This document shows positions 29,319 to 38,855 of a stretch of 64,000 nucleotides of DNA, one piece after another. A program made the translations under genes and the position numbers. The stretch comes from Thermodesulfobacteriota bacterium. GTDB taxonomy: Bacteria; Desulfobacterota_D; UBA1144; Nemesobacterales; Nemesobacteraceae. The notes under the pieces were generated by a model that saw nothing but the letters and a program-made list of their open reading frames with translations, had not been told where the DNA came from and ran no database searches. Each line of letters starts with the position of its first letter. The stretch's first letter is position 1. Location of the stretch: positions 1,666,661 to 1,730,660 of the forward strand of contig OZ242379.1 of assembly GCA_965209225.1 (NCBI GenBank). The letters run 5' to 3'.

Positions 29319-31073
29319 ATGACCTACAGTAGCGAGCATATCATAGAGCAGTTGTCGTTGGGTGAGGACAGCCACTGGGAATTCAAGCAGGTTGTATTTG
29401 AGGGAGGTCGTCCCAAGAGTCCAAGCCCCGACAACTGGGCCGACGAGATGGCTGCGTTTGCAAATACAAGCGGCGGAGTACTGCTTTGCGGGGTTACCGA
29501 CGGGGGAGATGTGCAGGACATGTCAATCGGCCAGATGGACGAGCTTGAAAGGCTTCTGGTGGAAGTATCCTCTAATTCGATAAAGCCCTCAGTCCGGATC
29601 AACACATTTCGCAAAAAAATAAGGGGAAAAAATGTGATTCTGCTGGTTGAAATACCTGAAGGTTCCTCACAGCATGACAGTCCTGGAGGCAGCTTTTGCC
29701 GGGTGGGGAGCTCAAAGCGCAAAATGACGAGCGATGAGAGGCTACGTCTGGCGCAAAACAGAGGGCAGTCCCGTTTTCTGTGGTTTGATAAACAGACGGT
29801 GCCGGAAACCGGATTTGAAACGCTCAGCAGAGAATTGTGGAATCCCCTGCTGAGTGCCGAGAGTGCCGTTGACCCCGAACTTGCGCTTGTGAAAATGGGT
29901 TTGCTGGCTGAAGACGAAACCGGCACTAGGAGGGCAACAGTGGCCGGCGTGCTTTTGTGCAGCGAATCTCCGGAGCTTCTTCTTCCTAACGTCTCAGTAA
30001 TGGCCACCTTTTATCTTGGCAAGGACAGGGCGTCAAAACAGGCTGACGCGCGGGTAATCGGCGGTCCGGTTAATCGGCAGATTGCCGATGCGGTAGCTTT
30101 TGTCCTGCGGAACATGAAGACCGCGGCGCGCAAGGAACCCGCCCGGGTTGATATGCCACAGTACAGCGAGAGAGCTGTTTTTGAGGCTGTTGTAAACGCT
30201 GTTGTTCACAGAGATTACTCGGTAAAGGGAAGCAGGATTCGTCTCTCAATGTTTGAGGACCGCCTTGAGATACTCTCTCCAGGTGCTCTTCCGAACAATC
30301 TTACCGTTGACAGCATGGACATTCGCCAGTCCACGAGAAACGAAATACTGGCCTCGGTACTTGGACGGATGCCGGTCGGCGGCACTAAGGGGTTGGGAGA
30401 AAGGCAGTTTTTTATGGAAAGGCGGGGAGACGGCGTGCCCATCATCCGGCGGGAAACTCAAGAACTCTGCGGCAAGCATCCTGAATACAGACTTATTGAC
30501 GGCTCAGAGCTTTGTCTTACCATCCCGGCAGCTTCCTTGGAGGCTGAAGCGGCGAGCCCGGTCATTACGGTACGCCATTCGGGCAGACCCTTGGCCGGAG
30601 CAAGAGTGCTGGTCCTGTTCCCAAACAAGACCTGGAAGCTTGCCGTGACCGATGAAAATGGAGAAGCGACAGTCAGCCTGCATTCAGTTCATCTGCCGAT
30701 GACCGCGTTTGTCGCAGCTGAAGGTTTTGCCGCTTATGTTGAGCGGGACTGGATTCCCGCACAAGTGTCTCTCACCGTCGAACTGGAAACTTTACCCGAA
30801 GGCGGTTCGGTAATTTTCGCTGAGTCTACCGGAGAGATTCCGGGGTTGAAGGGGAGACTGAATCCCATTAGAGATACTCATGACCGCACCTATCTTTATG
30901 CCTCCAACATTGCGATTGAAAAAGGAAAACAGCAGCCGGTTCATTTCACTTTTGGAGAAGCATTGATCCTGACTGACTCCGACGGGCGGGAAATGCTTGT
31001 GCGCATTATTGAGGTTTTCGGAAGGTCTTGTCTTCTGGAGTATCACGGCCATACCGGGCTCGAGACGATATAG
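29319..31073 (+). CDS. Schlafen/AlbA_2 domain + HATPase_c_4-like domain + C-terminal beta-rich domain
   Basis: GEDSHWEFK...AAFANTSGGVLLCGV; EAVVNAVVHRDY...SPGALP...MERRGDG. Confidence 0.85.
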   Translation: MTYSSEHIIEQLSLGEDSHWEFKQVVFEGGRPKSPSPDNWADEMAAFANTSGGVLLCGVTDGGDVQDMSIGQMDELERLLVEVSSNSIKPSVRINTFRKKIRGKNVILLVEIPEGSSQHDSPGGSFCRVGSSKRKMTSDERLRLAQNRGQSRFLWFDKQTVPETGFETLSRELWNPLLSAESAVDPELALVKMGLLAEDETGTRRATVAGVLLCSESPELLLPNVSVMATFYLGKDRASKQADARVIGGPVNRQIADAVAFVLRNMKTAARKEPARVDMPQYSERAVFEAVVNAVVHRDYSVKGSRIRLSMFEDRLEILSPGALPNNLTVDSMDIRQSTRNEILASVLGRMPVGGTKGLGERQFFMERRGDGVPIIRRETQELCGKHPEYRLIDGSELCLTIPAASLEAEAASPVITVRHSGRPLAGARVLVLFPNKTWKLAVTDENGEATVSLHSVHLPMTAFVAAEGFAAYVERDWIPAQVSLTVELETLPEGGSVIFAESTGEIPGLKGRLNPIRDTHDRTYLYASNIAIEKGKQQPVHFTFGEALILTDSDGREMLVRIIEVFGRSCLLEYHGHTGLETI

Positions 31074-31150
31074 GGGTTGACTGCTTCGGCAAAACTTCCG
31101 TCTACGGTATACTTGTAAAGGAACGGAATATTGTTGCTAGGACAGAAAAA

Positions 31151-31389
31151 TTGCAGAAGCAAATCTACAGGGTGCTGTTCCTCTGCTGCACGGGCAATTC
31201 GGCCCGTTTGATCATTGCTGAATCTCTTTTGAATCACGATAGCGACGGGAATTTTATCGGTTACAGCGCGGGTAGCAATCCTTGGGGAGAAATTCATCCT
31301 CACTTCCGTTTGACTCGCTTGACAGCGTGGAACTTCGTGAGAGACTTGAAAAGATAGGGTGTTGCGGTTCTGGAACGGACGAAGAATAG
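31151..31389 (+). pseudogene. arsC: Arsenate reductase (LMW-PTP type) with a large internal deletion
   Basis: VLFLCCTGNSAR...SAGSNPWGEIHP joined out of frame to the C-terminal LPFDSLDSVELRERLEKIG. Confidence 0.8.
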
Positions 31390-31463
31390 CCTCTGACGCT
31401 TGGAGTGTTTCCATCTGACCGCGGCATGAGGTCTCAACATTCTGACTCTTAGGCGCAAGCACT

Positions 31464-31937
31464 ATGACGAAACGAAAAACCTTGTATCTGGCTAACTCTT
31501 ACGGTTTCTCCGCACAGCAGCGCGAAGGGCCTCTGGCGGTTCTTGTTGCCGCTCTGGAATCCATGGGAGCCGAGGTGTGGGAGCCGTTTTCCCGGAATAA
31601 TCAGATTGATAAGGCGGTTGCCGGTTGGGCCTACAGGGTTGGACAGTCCGATCTCGGGGATGTGCGTGAGGCCGATGGATTGTTTGCGGTTGTCAATGGA
31701 TGTCCGCCTGATGAGGGAGTTATGGTGGAACTAGGAATGGCTATTGCCTGGGACAAACCCGTATTCCTGTTCCGGGATGATTTCCGCAGGTGCACGGACA
31801 GTGAAGTCTATCCGCTTAATCTGATGCTGTTTTCTGGCATGCCTGAAAAGGGCTGGGAAGCTTACTTGTATGGTTCCGTGGAAGACATGACCGATCCGGA
31901 CAAAGCGCTGGCAAAGTGGCTTAAAGATACGGACTGA
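31464..31937 (+). CDS. Nucleoside 2-deoxyribosyltransferase-like protein
   Basis: LYLANSYGFS, DLGDVREAD, PDEGVMVELGMAIAWDKPV, NLML. Confidence 0.85.
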   Translation: MTKRKTLYLANSYGFSAQQREGPLAVLVAALESMGAEVWEPFSRNNQIDKAVAGWAYRVGQSDLGDVREADGLFAVVNGCPPDEGVMVELGMAIAWDKPVFLFRDDFRRCTDSEVYPLNLMLFSGMPEKGWEAYLYGSVEDMTDPDKALAKWLKDTD

Positions 31938-32024
31938 TTCAGATTTTCTTTTGCTTATTCAAGTCCGCACCCGATGACTTCAGCCTCTATTCCCGGAGGA
32001 CAACTCATGTAGGCAGATGACCCA

Positions 32025-32612
32025 TCACTGCTCGCCTATTTCGAGCGTGGTATCTGCGTATGCCCTCAGGACAATTTCCGCTGCGACTCTTGCGTCTTCT
32101 CCTGCGTCGTGGTGGCGAAAACGAATCCCGAGGTCCCGGGCAATATTCTCGAGATTGTAACCCCTAAGGGCGTATTTATCCGGCCAGGCGCGTCGCGCTA
32201 CCTGCGCACTGTCAATCCAGGTTCCGTAACGAAGAGATTTTCCACATTCTTCAAATGCTTTTGAGATTGCTCGGCGGTCAAAGAATGTATGGCTTACGAC
32301 GACTTCTCCCAGGTGTCGCGCGATCTTGTCGCGCAATTCTTCAAACCGCGGGTAGCCACTTACCATCTTTTGGTCTATGCCGTGTATGGCGATATTGTAC
32401 GGATCAAAAAAGTCATGTGGATCAACAAGCTGCGTCCATACCTCTTTGATCTCCGCTTCCCTGACCACGGCGATTCCCACCTGGCAGATGCTTGAAACGT
32501 TTGAATTCGCGGTCTCGACGTCAACGGCGACGAAATCCAGATTTTCACCCACGGGGAGATAGTTCTTTTCGTTTTGCCCACGGGGTGTTTTCGGCTTTCC
32601 GGCTTTTTTCAT
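32025..32612 (-). CDS. DEDDh 3'-5' exonuclease (DNA Pol III epsilon-like)
   Basis: VAVDVETAN, SHTFFD, HHDAGEDA. Confidence 0.88.
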   Translation of the reverse strand: MKKAGKPKTPRGQNEKNYLPVGENLDFVAVDVETANSNVSSICQVGIAVVREAEIKEVWTQLVDPHDFFDPYNIAIHGIDQKMVSGYPRFEELRDKIARHLGEVVVSHTFFDRRAISKAFEECGKSLRYGTWIDSAQVARRAWPDKYALRGYNLENIARDLGIRFRHHDAGEDARVAAEIVLRAYADTTLEIGEQ

Positions 32613-32741
32613 TCTCCTACATTATGAACCATAATCGGCTTTCTTTCAGCAGTGTTTCGTCCGCTTCGGCGTTTTCGGGCTTTAAACTCAGATTATATTG
32701 TTTATAATCTTCCGAATTAAAAGTTTTTCCGGAGGCGTAAG

Positions 32742-33245
32742 GTGCCGTTATATGAATATGAGTGCGACAGTTGCATGGAGAGTTACAATACGGACATAGA
32801 CAGTCTGGTCGCCAAGCTTACAAAGACAAACGCAAAGAAAATTTTCAAGCAGAACCGCAACTTCTGTTATGTTGAAGTCACAAGCTACAAGAGCGGAAAA
32901 CTGTTTTTCGAACTGGGGGAAAGGGGCGTACGCGGCGCGAGGAGGTTTCGTTACAAGCTAGATAACGGAAAGGTCCTTTACCTTGAGCTCAAGGACTTCC
33001 GCTTCGATCACCTTGTGTACGGAGATGACGACCAGAATGAAGTCAAATGCCCTCTCTGCGACGATTCGGAGACGGTGAGAAGGGTCTTTTCCACTTTCAA
33101 GGCCATATTCGACGACAAGAATAAAAGAGCTCCGGGTCCCGGGGATGAGCTTAGATGGCATCTTGAATACAAACAGCAAAAAGATGAAGAAATAGCGAGC
33201 GACTGGGTAGGGCAGGATCACCTGAACCAGTATTTCAACAGATAG
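32742..33245 (+). CDS. FmdB-type zinc-ribbon protein with large insertion
   Basis: MPLYEYECDSC...KCPLC...VRRVFSTF; GGAGG RBS. Confidence 0.7.
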   Translation: MPLYEYECDSCMESYNTDIDSLVAKLTKTNAKKIFKQNRNFCYVEVTSYKSGKLFFELGERGVRGARRFRYKLDNGKVLYLELKDFRFDHLVYGDDDQNEVKCPLCDDSETVRRVFSTFKAIFDDKNKRAPGPGDELRWHLEYKQQKDEEIASDWVGQDHLNQYFNR

Positions 33246-33254
33246 GAGACGCAA

Positions 33255-33758
33255 ATGCCCCTCTATGAATTTGAATGCATCAAGTGCAGACGCAACGTTG
33301 AGAAATCACTGAAGGCTCTTGAGAGAAAGCGAGACAAGGAGACCGTAAAAAACCTTGTCGAGAAATATGACAACATAAACGCCATAGAAGTTATCGACCT
33401 TGAGCGCGAAGAAATAGTAGCGAAGCACGGAAGAAGGGGAAAAGATTCCATATTCAACGACTTTTACCTTAAGGACGGGGCCCTGCTTGCGCTTTTCAAC
33501 ATGCGAAACTACAGGTTTTCCGAGCTTATATACGAAGAGGGGGACGAGAAAAACGTAAAGTGCTACTGCGGGGAGAAAAAGAAAGTGGAGAAAGTTATCT
33601 CGACTTTTGCTTTTACCAAGGACCTCTCAACCAATATGCCGAAGCCCGATCTCTCGAACCTGCCGCCTTCGGTTAGAAACAGAACTTACATAGGAGATTA
33701 CATAGAGGAAAAGGACAGGCCTGAAAAGCACAGACCTCCCAAGGGAAAAAGGCAGTAG
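33255..33758 (+). CDS. FmdB-type zinc-ribbon protein with large insertion (paralog)
   Basis: MPLYEFECIKC...KCYCG...VEKVISTF. Confidence 0.7.
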   Translation: MPLYEFECIKCRRNVEKSLKALERKRDKETVKNLVEKYDNINAIEVIDLEREEIVAKHGRRGKDSIFNDFYLKDGALLALFNMRNYRFSELIYEEGDEKNVKCYCGEKKKVEKVISTFAFTKDLSTNMPKPDLSNLPPSVRNRTYIGDYIEEKDRPEKHRPPKGKRQ

Positions 33759-33790
33759 GGTGCTGTCCAGCCTTCCAGTGTTTCTGTGTG

Positions 33791-34450
33791 CTACTTCTTC
33801 TGCGCGTACTCTTCTTTGCGCCTGCCGAACCTTCTCTCAAGTTCATCCGATATGTCCTGAGGCGAAAGACCCGCTTCGCAGAGAAGCACCATGGAATGGA
33901 ACCACAGATCGGTAAGTTCGTAGACCAGTTCGTCTTTATCCTCATTTTTGGCGGCTATTACTACTTCGCCGGCTTCCTCTCCGATTTTTTTAAGTATCCT
34001 GTCAACTCCGCCCTTCATAAGGCCGCTCACATAAGAGCCTTCCTTGGGGTTCTGCTTCCTGTCTTCTATTACGGAAAACACCTTTCTGAGTGAAGCTTTT
34101 TCGAACACGGGGGCAGCTTTTTCTTCCATGTCCCCGGATCTGTAAAAGCATGACGGTTTTCCGGTGTGGCAGGCTGCTCCGGTCTGCTCCACGGTTATCA
34201 GCACCGTATCGCAGTCGCAGTCAACGAAGATTTCCTTTACGTCCTGAAAATGGCCTGATTCTTCCCCTTTGTTCCAGAGCTTTTTTCTTGATCTGCTCCA
34301 GAAGTGGGTCCTTCCGGTCTTGACGGTCATCTCGAGAGCCTCTTTGTTCGCATATGCGAGCATGAGCACCCGCCCGCTTGAACTGTCCTGCACTATTACA
34401 GGCAAAAGGCCTTCGTCGTTGAACTTGAGTTCTTCTAATTTCATATCCAT
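33791..34450 (-). CDS. hisIE: Bifunctional phosphoribosyl-AMP cyclohydrolase/phosphoribosyl-ATP pyrophosphatase
   Basis: [30 protein letters not shown]. Confidence 0.95.
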   Translation of the reverse strand: MDMKLEELKFNDEGLLPVIVQDSSSGRVLMLAYANKEALEMTVKTGRTHFWSRSRKKLWNKGEESGHFQDVKEIFVDCDCDTVLITVEQTGAACHTGKPSCFYRSGDMEEKAAPVFEKASLRKVFSVIEDRKQNPKEGSYVSGLMKGGVDRILKKIGEEAGEVVIAAKNEDKDELVYELTDLWFHSMVLLCEAGLSPQDISDELERRFGRRKEEYAQKK

Positions 34451-34646
34451 CGGGTTTTCGTTCCGCTGAAAGTACGTCAAGATAATAATTGCAAAGTTTC
34501 CGTTGTCAAAGAACTGGCAGGGTAGGGAAAACGGCATATTGAGGCTTCAGATCGGCTGTTTTCTCCCCCCGCAAGCTCTTTTCTGAATTGCTGTTGATTT
34601 CAGGTGTATAACTGTAAAACTGCTGTGCGTGGGGAGGAATTGATCT

Positions 34647-36377
34647 GTGTTTTCGAGAAAACATCTAGTTTATGCTTCGGCGGTTCTGATTTTCGCCCTT
34701 CTGCTTGTCGCTATTGGTTTCGTGCTCTACGGCGGTTCAGGGCGTGTGAGTTTCGAACATGGTGTCGCAAGCGGTGATCCTCTGGATGACAGGGTTATTC
34801 TCTGGACGAGAGTTACTCCGCAGGAATCCCAGGGAAAAGTCAGGGTAAGGGTCGAAGTCGCTTCGGATGAGAAGTTCGAAAGCGTTGTTTACAGTTCTGT
34901 TAAGAGCACTACGGCCGAGAGCGATTACACTATCAAGGTTGACATCAAGGGCCTTTCGGCGGGAACGGCTTATTACTACCGTTTTCGCTCAGGTAAGACC
35001 GCATCCGTTGTCGGCCGTACCAGGACCTTACCCCGGGGCGATGTGGATTCGGTCAGGCTGGCGGTGTTTTCATGCGCAAACTATCCTGTTTCTCATGGCG
35101 GTTACTTTAACGTTTACGGCCACGCGGCGGAAACGGCTGACATCGATGCCGTGGTACACCTCGGCGATTATATCTACGAGTACGGCAAGGCGCCGGGTTC
35201 CGGGAACGATAATTCCCAAGGAGCCGGAAGGGACTTCCCGGAATACAGCGATAAGGAAATCCTGACGCTTGACGATTACCGAAGGCGTTACGCCCTCTAC
35301 AGAACTGATCCGCAGCTTCAGGCTCTTCATGCCACACATCCGTTCATCGCTGTATGGGATGATCACGAGGTAGCAAACGACGCTTATGTGGGGGGTGCGC
35401 AAAACCACAACGAAGACGAAGGGAGTTTTGATGCGCGCAAAGAGGCTGCGCTTCGGGCCTATTACGAGTGGATGCCGGTTCGCTCCGTAAAAGAGAATGA
35501 TTCCGGGCGGGTCTACCGCAGTTTTTCTTTCGGAAACCTGGTTGAACTTTTCATGCTCGATACCCGCCTTGCCGGACGGGAAAAACAGCTTAGTTACAAG
35601 GATTATCTCGACCCGGATACCGGTTTCAACGCCCGGAGTTTTCGTGAGGACATTGGTTCTCCGCAGCGAACCCTGCTCGGTCGGGATCAACTTGTCTGGC
35701 TTCAGGGGAAGCTTGCTGACTCAACCGCCGCTTGGCAGGTTCTGGGTCAGCAAGTGCTTATGGGCAGAATGAACGTTCCGGCTGAAATAATTTCCCATCT
35801 GGGCGACCCCACACCGCGGGTAGCGGATCTTGTTGATGAACTGACCGAGATTAAGGAGCGGGTGTTGCGAGATGATCCTTCCGTGACTCAGGATGAACGG
35901 GGCCGCGTAACCACTGTGCTTCCCTATAATCTTGATGCCTGGGACGGTTACCCTGCGGAACGCGAAGCTGTGCTGGGCGCGGCTTACAGTGGGAATAAGA
36001 ACCTTGTGGTGCTTGCCGGGGATACGCATAATGGATGGGCGAGTAATCTCAAGGATATGGCAGGTAACCAGATGGGCGTCGAGTTCGCTACCCCGTCTGT
36101 GTCCTCGGGAGGTCTTGAGACTTACCTGAAACTTGAACCGAAGCAGGCCGAGGAACTTGCCCGGGATCTGGAAGTGCTGGTCGACGGTCTTGTCTACTCA
36201 AATACGAAGGACCGAGGTTATATGATTGTCAGTTTTACTCCGAAAAGAACCAAGTCGCGGTGGATATATGTAGATACAGTCAAGCATCCGGAATTCAGGG
36301 AACTAACTTCAAGTGAAAAGGTCCTTGGCGTGCTTCCCGGCGTGGGAAATCGTGAACTTGTTCCTGTTGATAATTAG
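34647..36377 (+). CDS. phoD: Alkaline phosphatase D
   Basis: FEHGVASGDP, HLGDYIYE, WDDHE, LDTR, DAWDGY, GDTH. Confidence 0.93.
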   Translation: MFSRKHLVYASAVLIFALLLVAIGFVLYGGSGRVSFEHGVASGDPLDDRVILWTRVTPQESQGKVRVRVEVASDEKFESVVYSSVKSTTAESDYTIKVDIKGLSAGTAYYYRFRSGKTASVVGRTRTLPRGDVDSVRLAVFSCANYPVSHGGYFNVYGHAAETADIDAVVHLGDYIYEYGKAPGSGNDNSQGAGRDFPEYSDKEILTLDDYRRRYALYRTDPQLQALHATHPFIAVWDDHEVANDAYVGGAQNHNEDEGSFDARKEAALRAYYEWMPVRSVKENDSGRVYRSFSFGNLVELFMLDTRLAGREKQLSYKDYLDPDTGFNARSFREDIGSPQRTLLGRDQLVWLQGKLADSTAAWQVLGQQVLMGRMNVPAEIISHLGDPTPRVADLVDELTEIKERVLRDDPSVTQDERGRVTTVLPYNLDAWDGYPAEREAVLGAAYSGNKNLVVLAGDTHNGWASNLKDMAGNQMGVEFATPSVSSGGLETYLKLEPKQAEELARDLEVLVDGLVYSNTKDRGYMIVSFTPKRTKSRWIYVDTVKHPEFRELTSSEKVLGVLPGVGNRELVPVDN

Positions 36378-36496
36378 GCTGGAGCATTTTGGTCAGGAAG
36401 GCATCAAGACGGGATTTAATTGACATTACCGTGAAGAGTCGAATGATATTGGGTACAATATACACGTTAGGTGCTGATTAAGGAAGGTAACAACCC

Positions 36497-36709
36497 ATGG
36501 CCAGGATTACAATTGAAGACTGCTTAGAGAAAGTTGAGAACAGGTTTGCTCTTTCCATCGCAGCGATGAAAAGGGCAGGCCAGATATCCAAGGGAGCTAC
36601 CGTGGTGGCGTCTGAGAACGATGACAACAAACATGTTGTTTCGGCGTTAAGAGAGATAGCCGAAGGAAAGGTAAACGTCATATATCCCAAGGATAGAGAT
36701 AATTACTGA
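36497..36709 (+). CDS. rpoZ: RNA polymerase omega subunit
   Basis: [10 protein letters not shown]...NRF.L...A.KRA.QI...ALREIAEG. Confidence 0.95.
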   Translation: MARITIEDCLEKVENRFALSIAAMKRAGQISKGATVVASENDDNKHVVSALREIAEGKVNVIYPKDRDNY

Positions 36710-36766
36710 TTGCGCACGTAGCCCCGTGCGGTTTTAACCCGCGCACAGCGAGGTAACCATCTTTTT

Positions 36767-38713
36767 ATGCTCTCGGTAGGCATAGACGCGGGAGGAACTT
36801 TCACCGATTTTGTTTTCTTCAATGGAAAGGAAATATCGGTAAACAAGGTTCCTTCCACTCCCCGCGACCCTTCGATAGCAGTACTGAACGGGCTTAAGAG
36901 CCATCCCGTCGAGTTCTCCCGCATATCGGAAATTATTCACGGAACCACCGTGGCCACAAACGCTCTTTTGGAACGGGAAGGGGCAAGTACCTGCCTTGTC
37001 ACCACAAGGGGTTTCGAGGACGTAATCGAGATCAGGCGGCAGAACAGGGAGAAGCTGTATGATCTGCTATGGAGTCCGGCCGCCCCTCTTGTGCCGCCGG
37101 AACTCAGGTTCGGGGTTTCCGAGAGAACGGATTATCGCGGTTGTGTGCTTGTCTGTCCGGATGAAGCTGAAGTGGAGAAAATAAAGGAGGAGATATCTTC
37201 TCTCGGTATTGAGGCGATAGCGGTTTGTTTTCTCCATTCGTACGCGAACCCCGGGAATGAACGCAGGGTTGCGGCCGTGCTTTCCGAACTCGGTATCCCG
37301 ATTACCCTCTCCTCTGAGCTTGTCGCGGAATTCAGGGAGTATGAGAGAACTTCGACAACAGTTCTTAATTCCTATCTGATTCCAAAAGTGAACAAGTACA
37401 TGCGTTCGCTCTCCCGTACCCTCGGGGAAAAATCTCTTTCCATCATGCAGTCAAACGGTGGGGTTATATCTGCTGAGCAAGCGGCCGAAGAACCTGCAAA
37501 AATAGTTTTTTCCGGTCCCGCCGGGGGGGTGGTCGGGGCGTTTGAGATATGTGCGCTCTCCGGGAGAGAGAAAATTATCACCTACGACATGGGTGGAACT
37601 TCGACAGACATATCCCTTTGCGACGGCAAAATAAGCTTTACGACCGAGAACACCCTGGGAGGTGTTGCGCTTAAGGTGCCGATGATAAACATCTCGACCA
37701 TAGGGGCCGGAGGCGGTTCAGTCGCTTACATTGCCGACGGGGGCATCCTTAAGGTCGGCCCGCGAAGCGCCGGTGCTGATCCCGGCCCCGCGTGTTACGG
37801 GAAAGGCGTTCTGCCGACCGTAACAGACGCCAATATAGTTCTCGGGAGAATGGACCCCGGCTGGTTTCTGGGTGGCGAGATGAATATATACCCCGAAAAG
37901 TCATTTGAAGCGATTCGCTCTCTCGCCCCGGATCATGCCACGGAGGAAGTCGCCGAATCCGTAATCAGGATTTCAAATTCAAACATGGAAAAGGCCCTCC
38001 GCGTGATATCAGTCGGTAGAGGCTACGATCCGAGAGAATTTTCGCTTGTTTCATTCGGCGGCGCGGGAGGTCTTCATGCCTGCGAACTTGCCCGCTCCCT
38101 TGGTATACGGGAGGTCGTGTTTCCCCGAAATCCCGGTGCTCTCTCCGCCTACGGGATGCTTCTTGCCGACTCTTTCAAGGATTACGGAATCACGTTTTTC
38201 TCCTCAGCGGACGGGGACCATCTTGTGGAGACGGACCGAAAATTCGCGGATCTCGAAAAGCTCGCGCGTGAAGACCTCGAAAGAGAGGATCTAAGGTTCG
38301 AAAAGCGTGTCGATGCGAGGTACCGAAGGCAGTCCCATGAACTGACTGTTTCCTATAGTGATTCCATAGCTTCGGATTTTCACCGCGAGCATGAAAGAGT
38401 TTACGGATACAGGAAGGAATCTTCCGTCGTCGAGATCGTGACCCTGAGACTCAGGGCCTATATGCCGGAGCGAAAAATAGATATTCTTCCCGTTTCTGCC
38501 GTGGAGGCGGAGCCCCGGTTCTTTACAAAGGATGTGATTTTTGAGGGCAAGAGCATTAAGGCCGGATGCTGCGAAAGGGAAGGACTCCGGCCGGGTTTTC
38601 AACTTGCAGGTCCCTGCGTTCTTTACGAGAGAACCGCCACTGCTTTTATCCCTCCCGATACCGCCTGTGAAGTGGACGATTACGGAAGCGTTATAGTGAC
38701 CCTCGATCCGTAG
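36767..38713 (+). CDS. Hydantoinase A/5-oxoprolinase family protein
   Basis: GIDAGGTFTD, HGTTVATNALLE, DMGGTSTD, SAGADPGPACYG. Confidence 0.92.
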   Translation: MLSVGIDAGGTFTDFVFFNGKEISVNKVPSTPRDPSIAVLNGLKSHPVEFSRISEIIHGTTVATNALLEREGASTCLVTTRGFEDVIEIRRQNREKLYDLLWSPAAPLVPPELRFGVSERTDYRGCVLVCPDEAEVEKIKEEISSLGIEAIAVCFLHSYANPGNERRVAAVLSELGIPITLSSELVAEFREYERTSTTVLNSYLIPKVNKYMRSLSRTLGEKSLSIMQSNGGVISAEQAAEEPAKIVFSGPAGGVVGAFEICALSGREKIITYDMGGTSTDISLCDGKISFTTENTLGGVALKVPMINISTIGAGGGSVAYIADGGILKVGPRSAGADPGPACYGKGVLPTVTDANIVLGRMDPGWFLGGEMNIYPEKSFEAIRSLAPDHATEEVAESVIRISNSNMEKALRVISVGRGYDPREFSLVSFGGAGGLHACELARSLGIREVVFPRNPGALSAYGMLLADSFKDYGITFFSSADGDHLVETDRKFADLEKLAREDLEREDLRFEKRVDARYRRQSHELTVSYSDSIASDFHREHERVYGYRKESSVVEIVTLRLRAYMPERKIDILPVSAVEAEPRFFTKDVIFEGKSIKAGCCEREGLRPGFQLAGPCVLYERTATAFIPPDTACEVDDYGSVIVTLDP

Positions 38714-38855
38714 TTTCTTCGGGAATTGCCAGCTTAAGCGGTCGAGACGCAAAATGCCGTCTTCAAGGAAACGGTGGAGTCCCTTTATTATCGAATGCTC
38801 GGTTTTTTCTGTATTTCCTGGACTCTCCGGGTAACCGGCGTGAGAAGATATCGAT

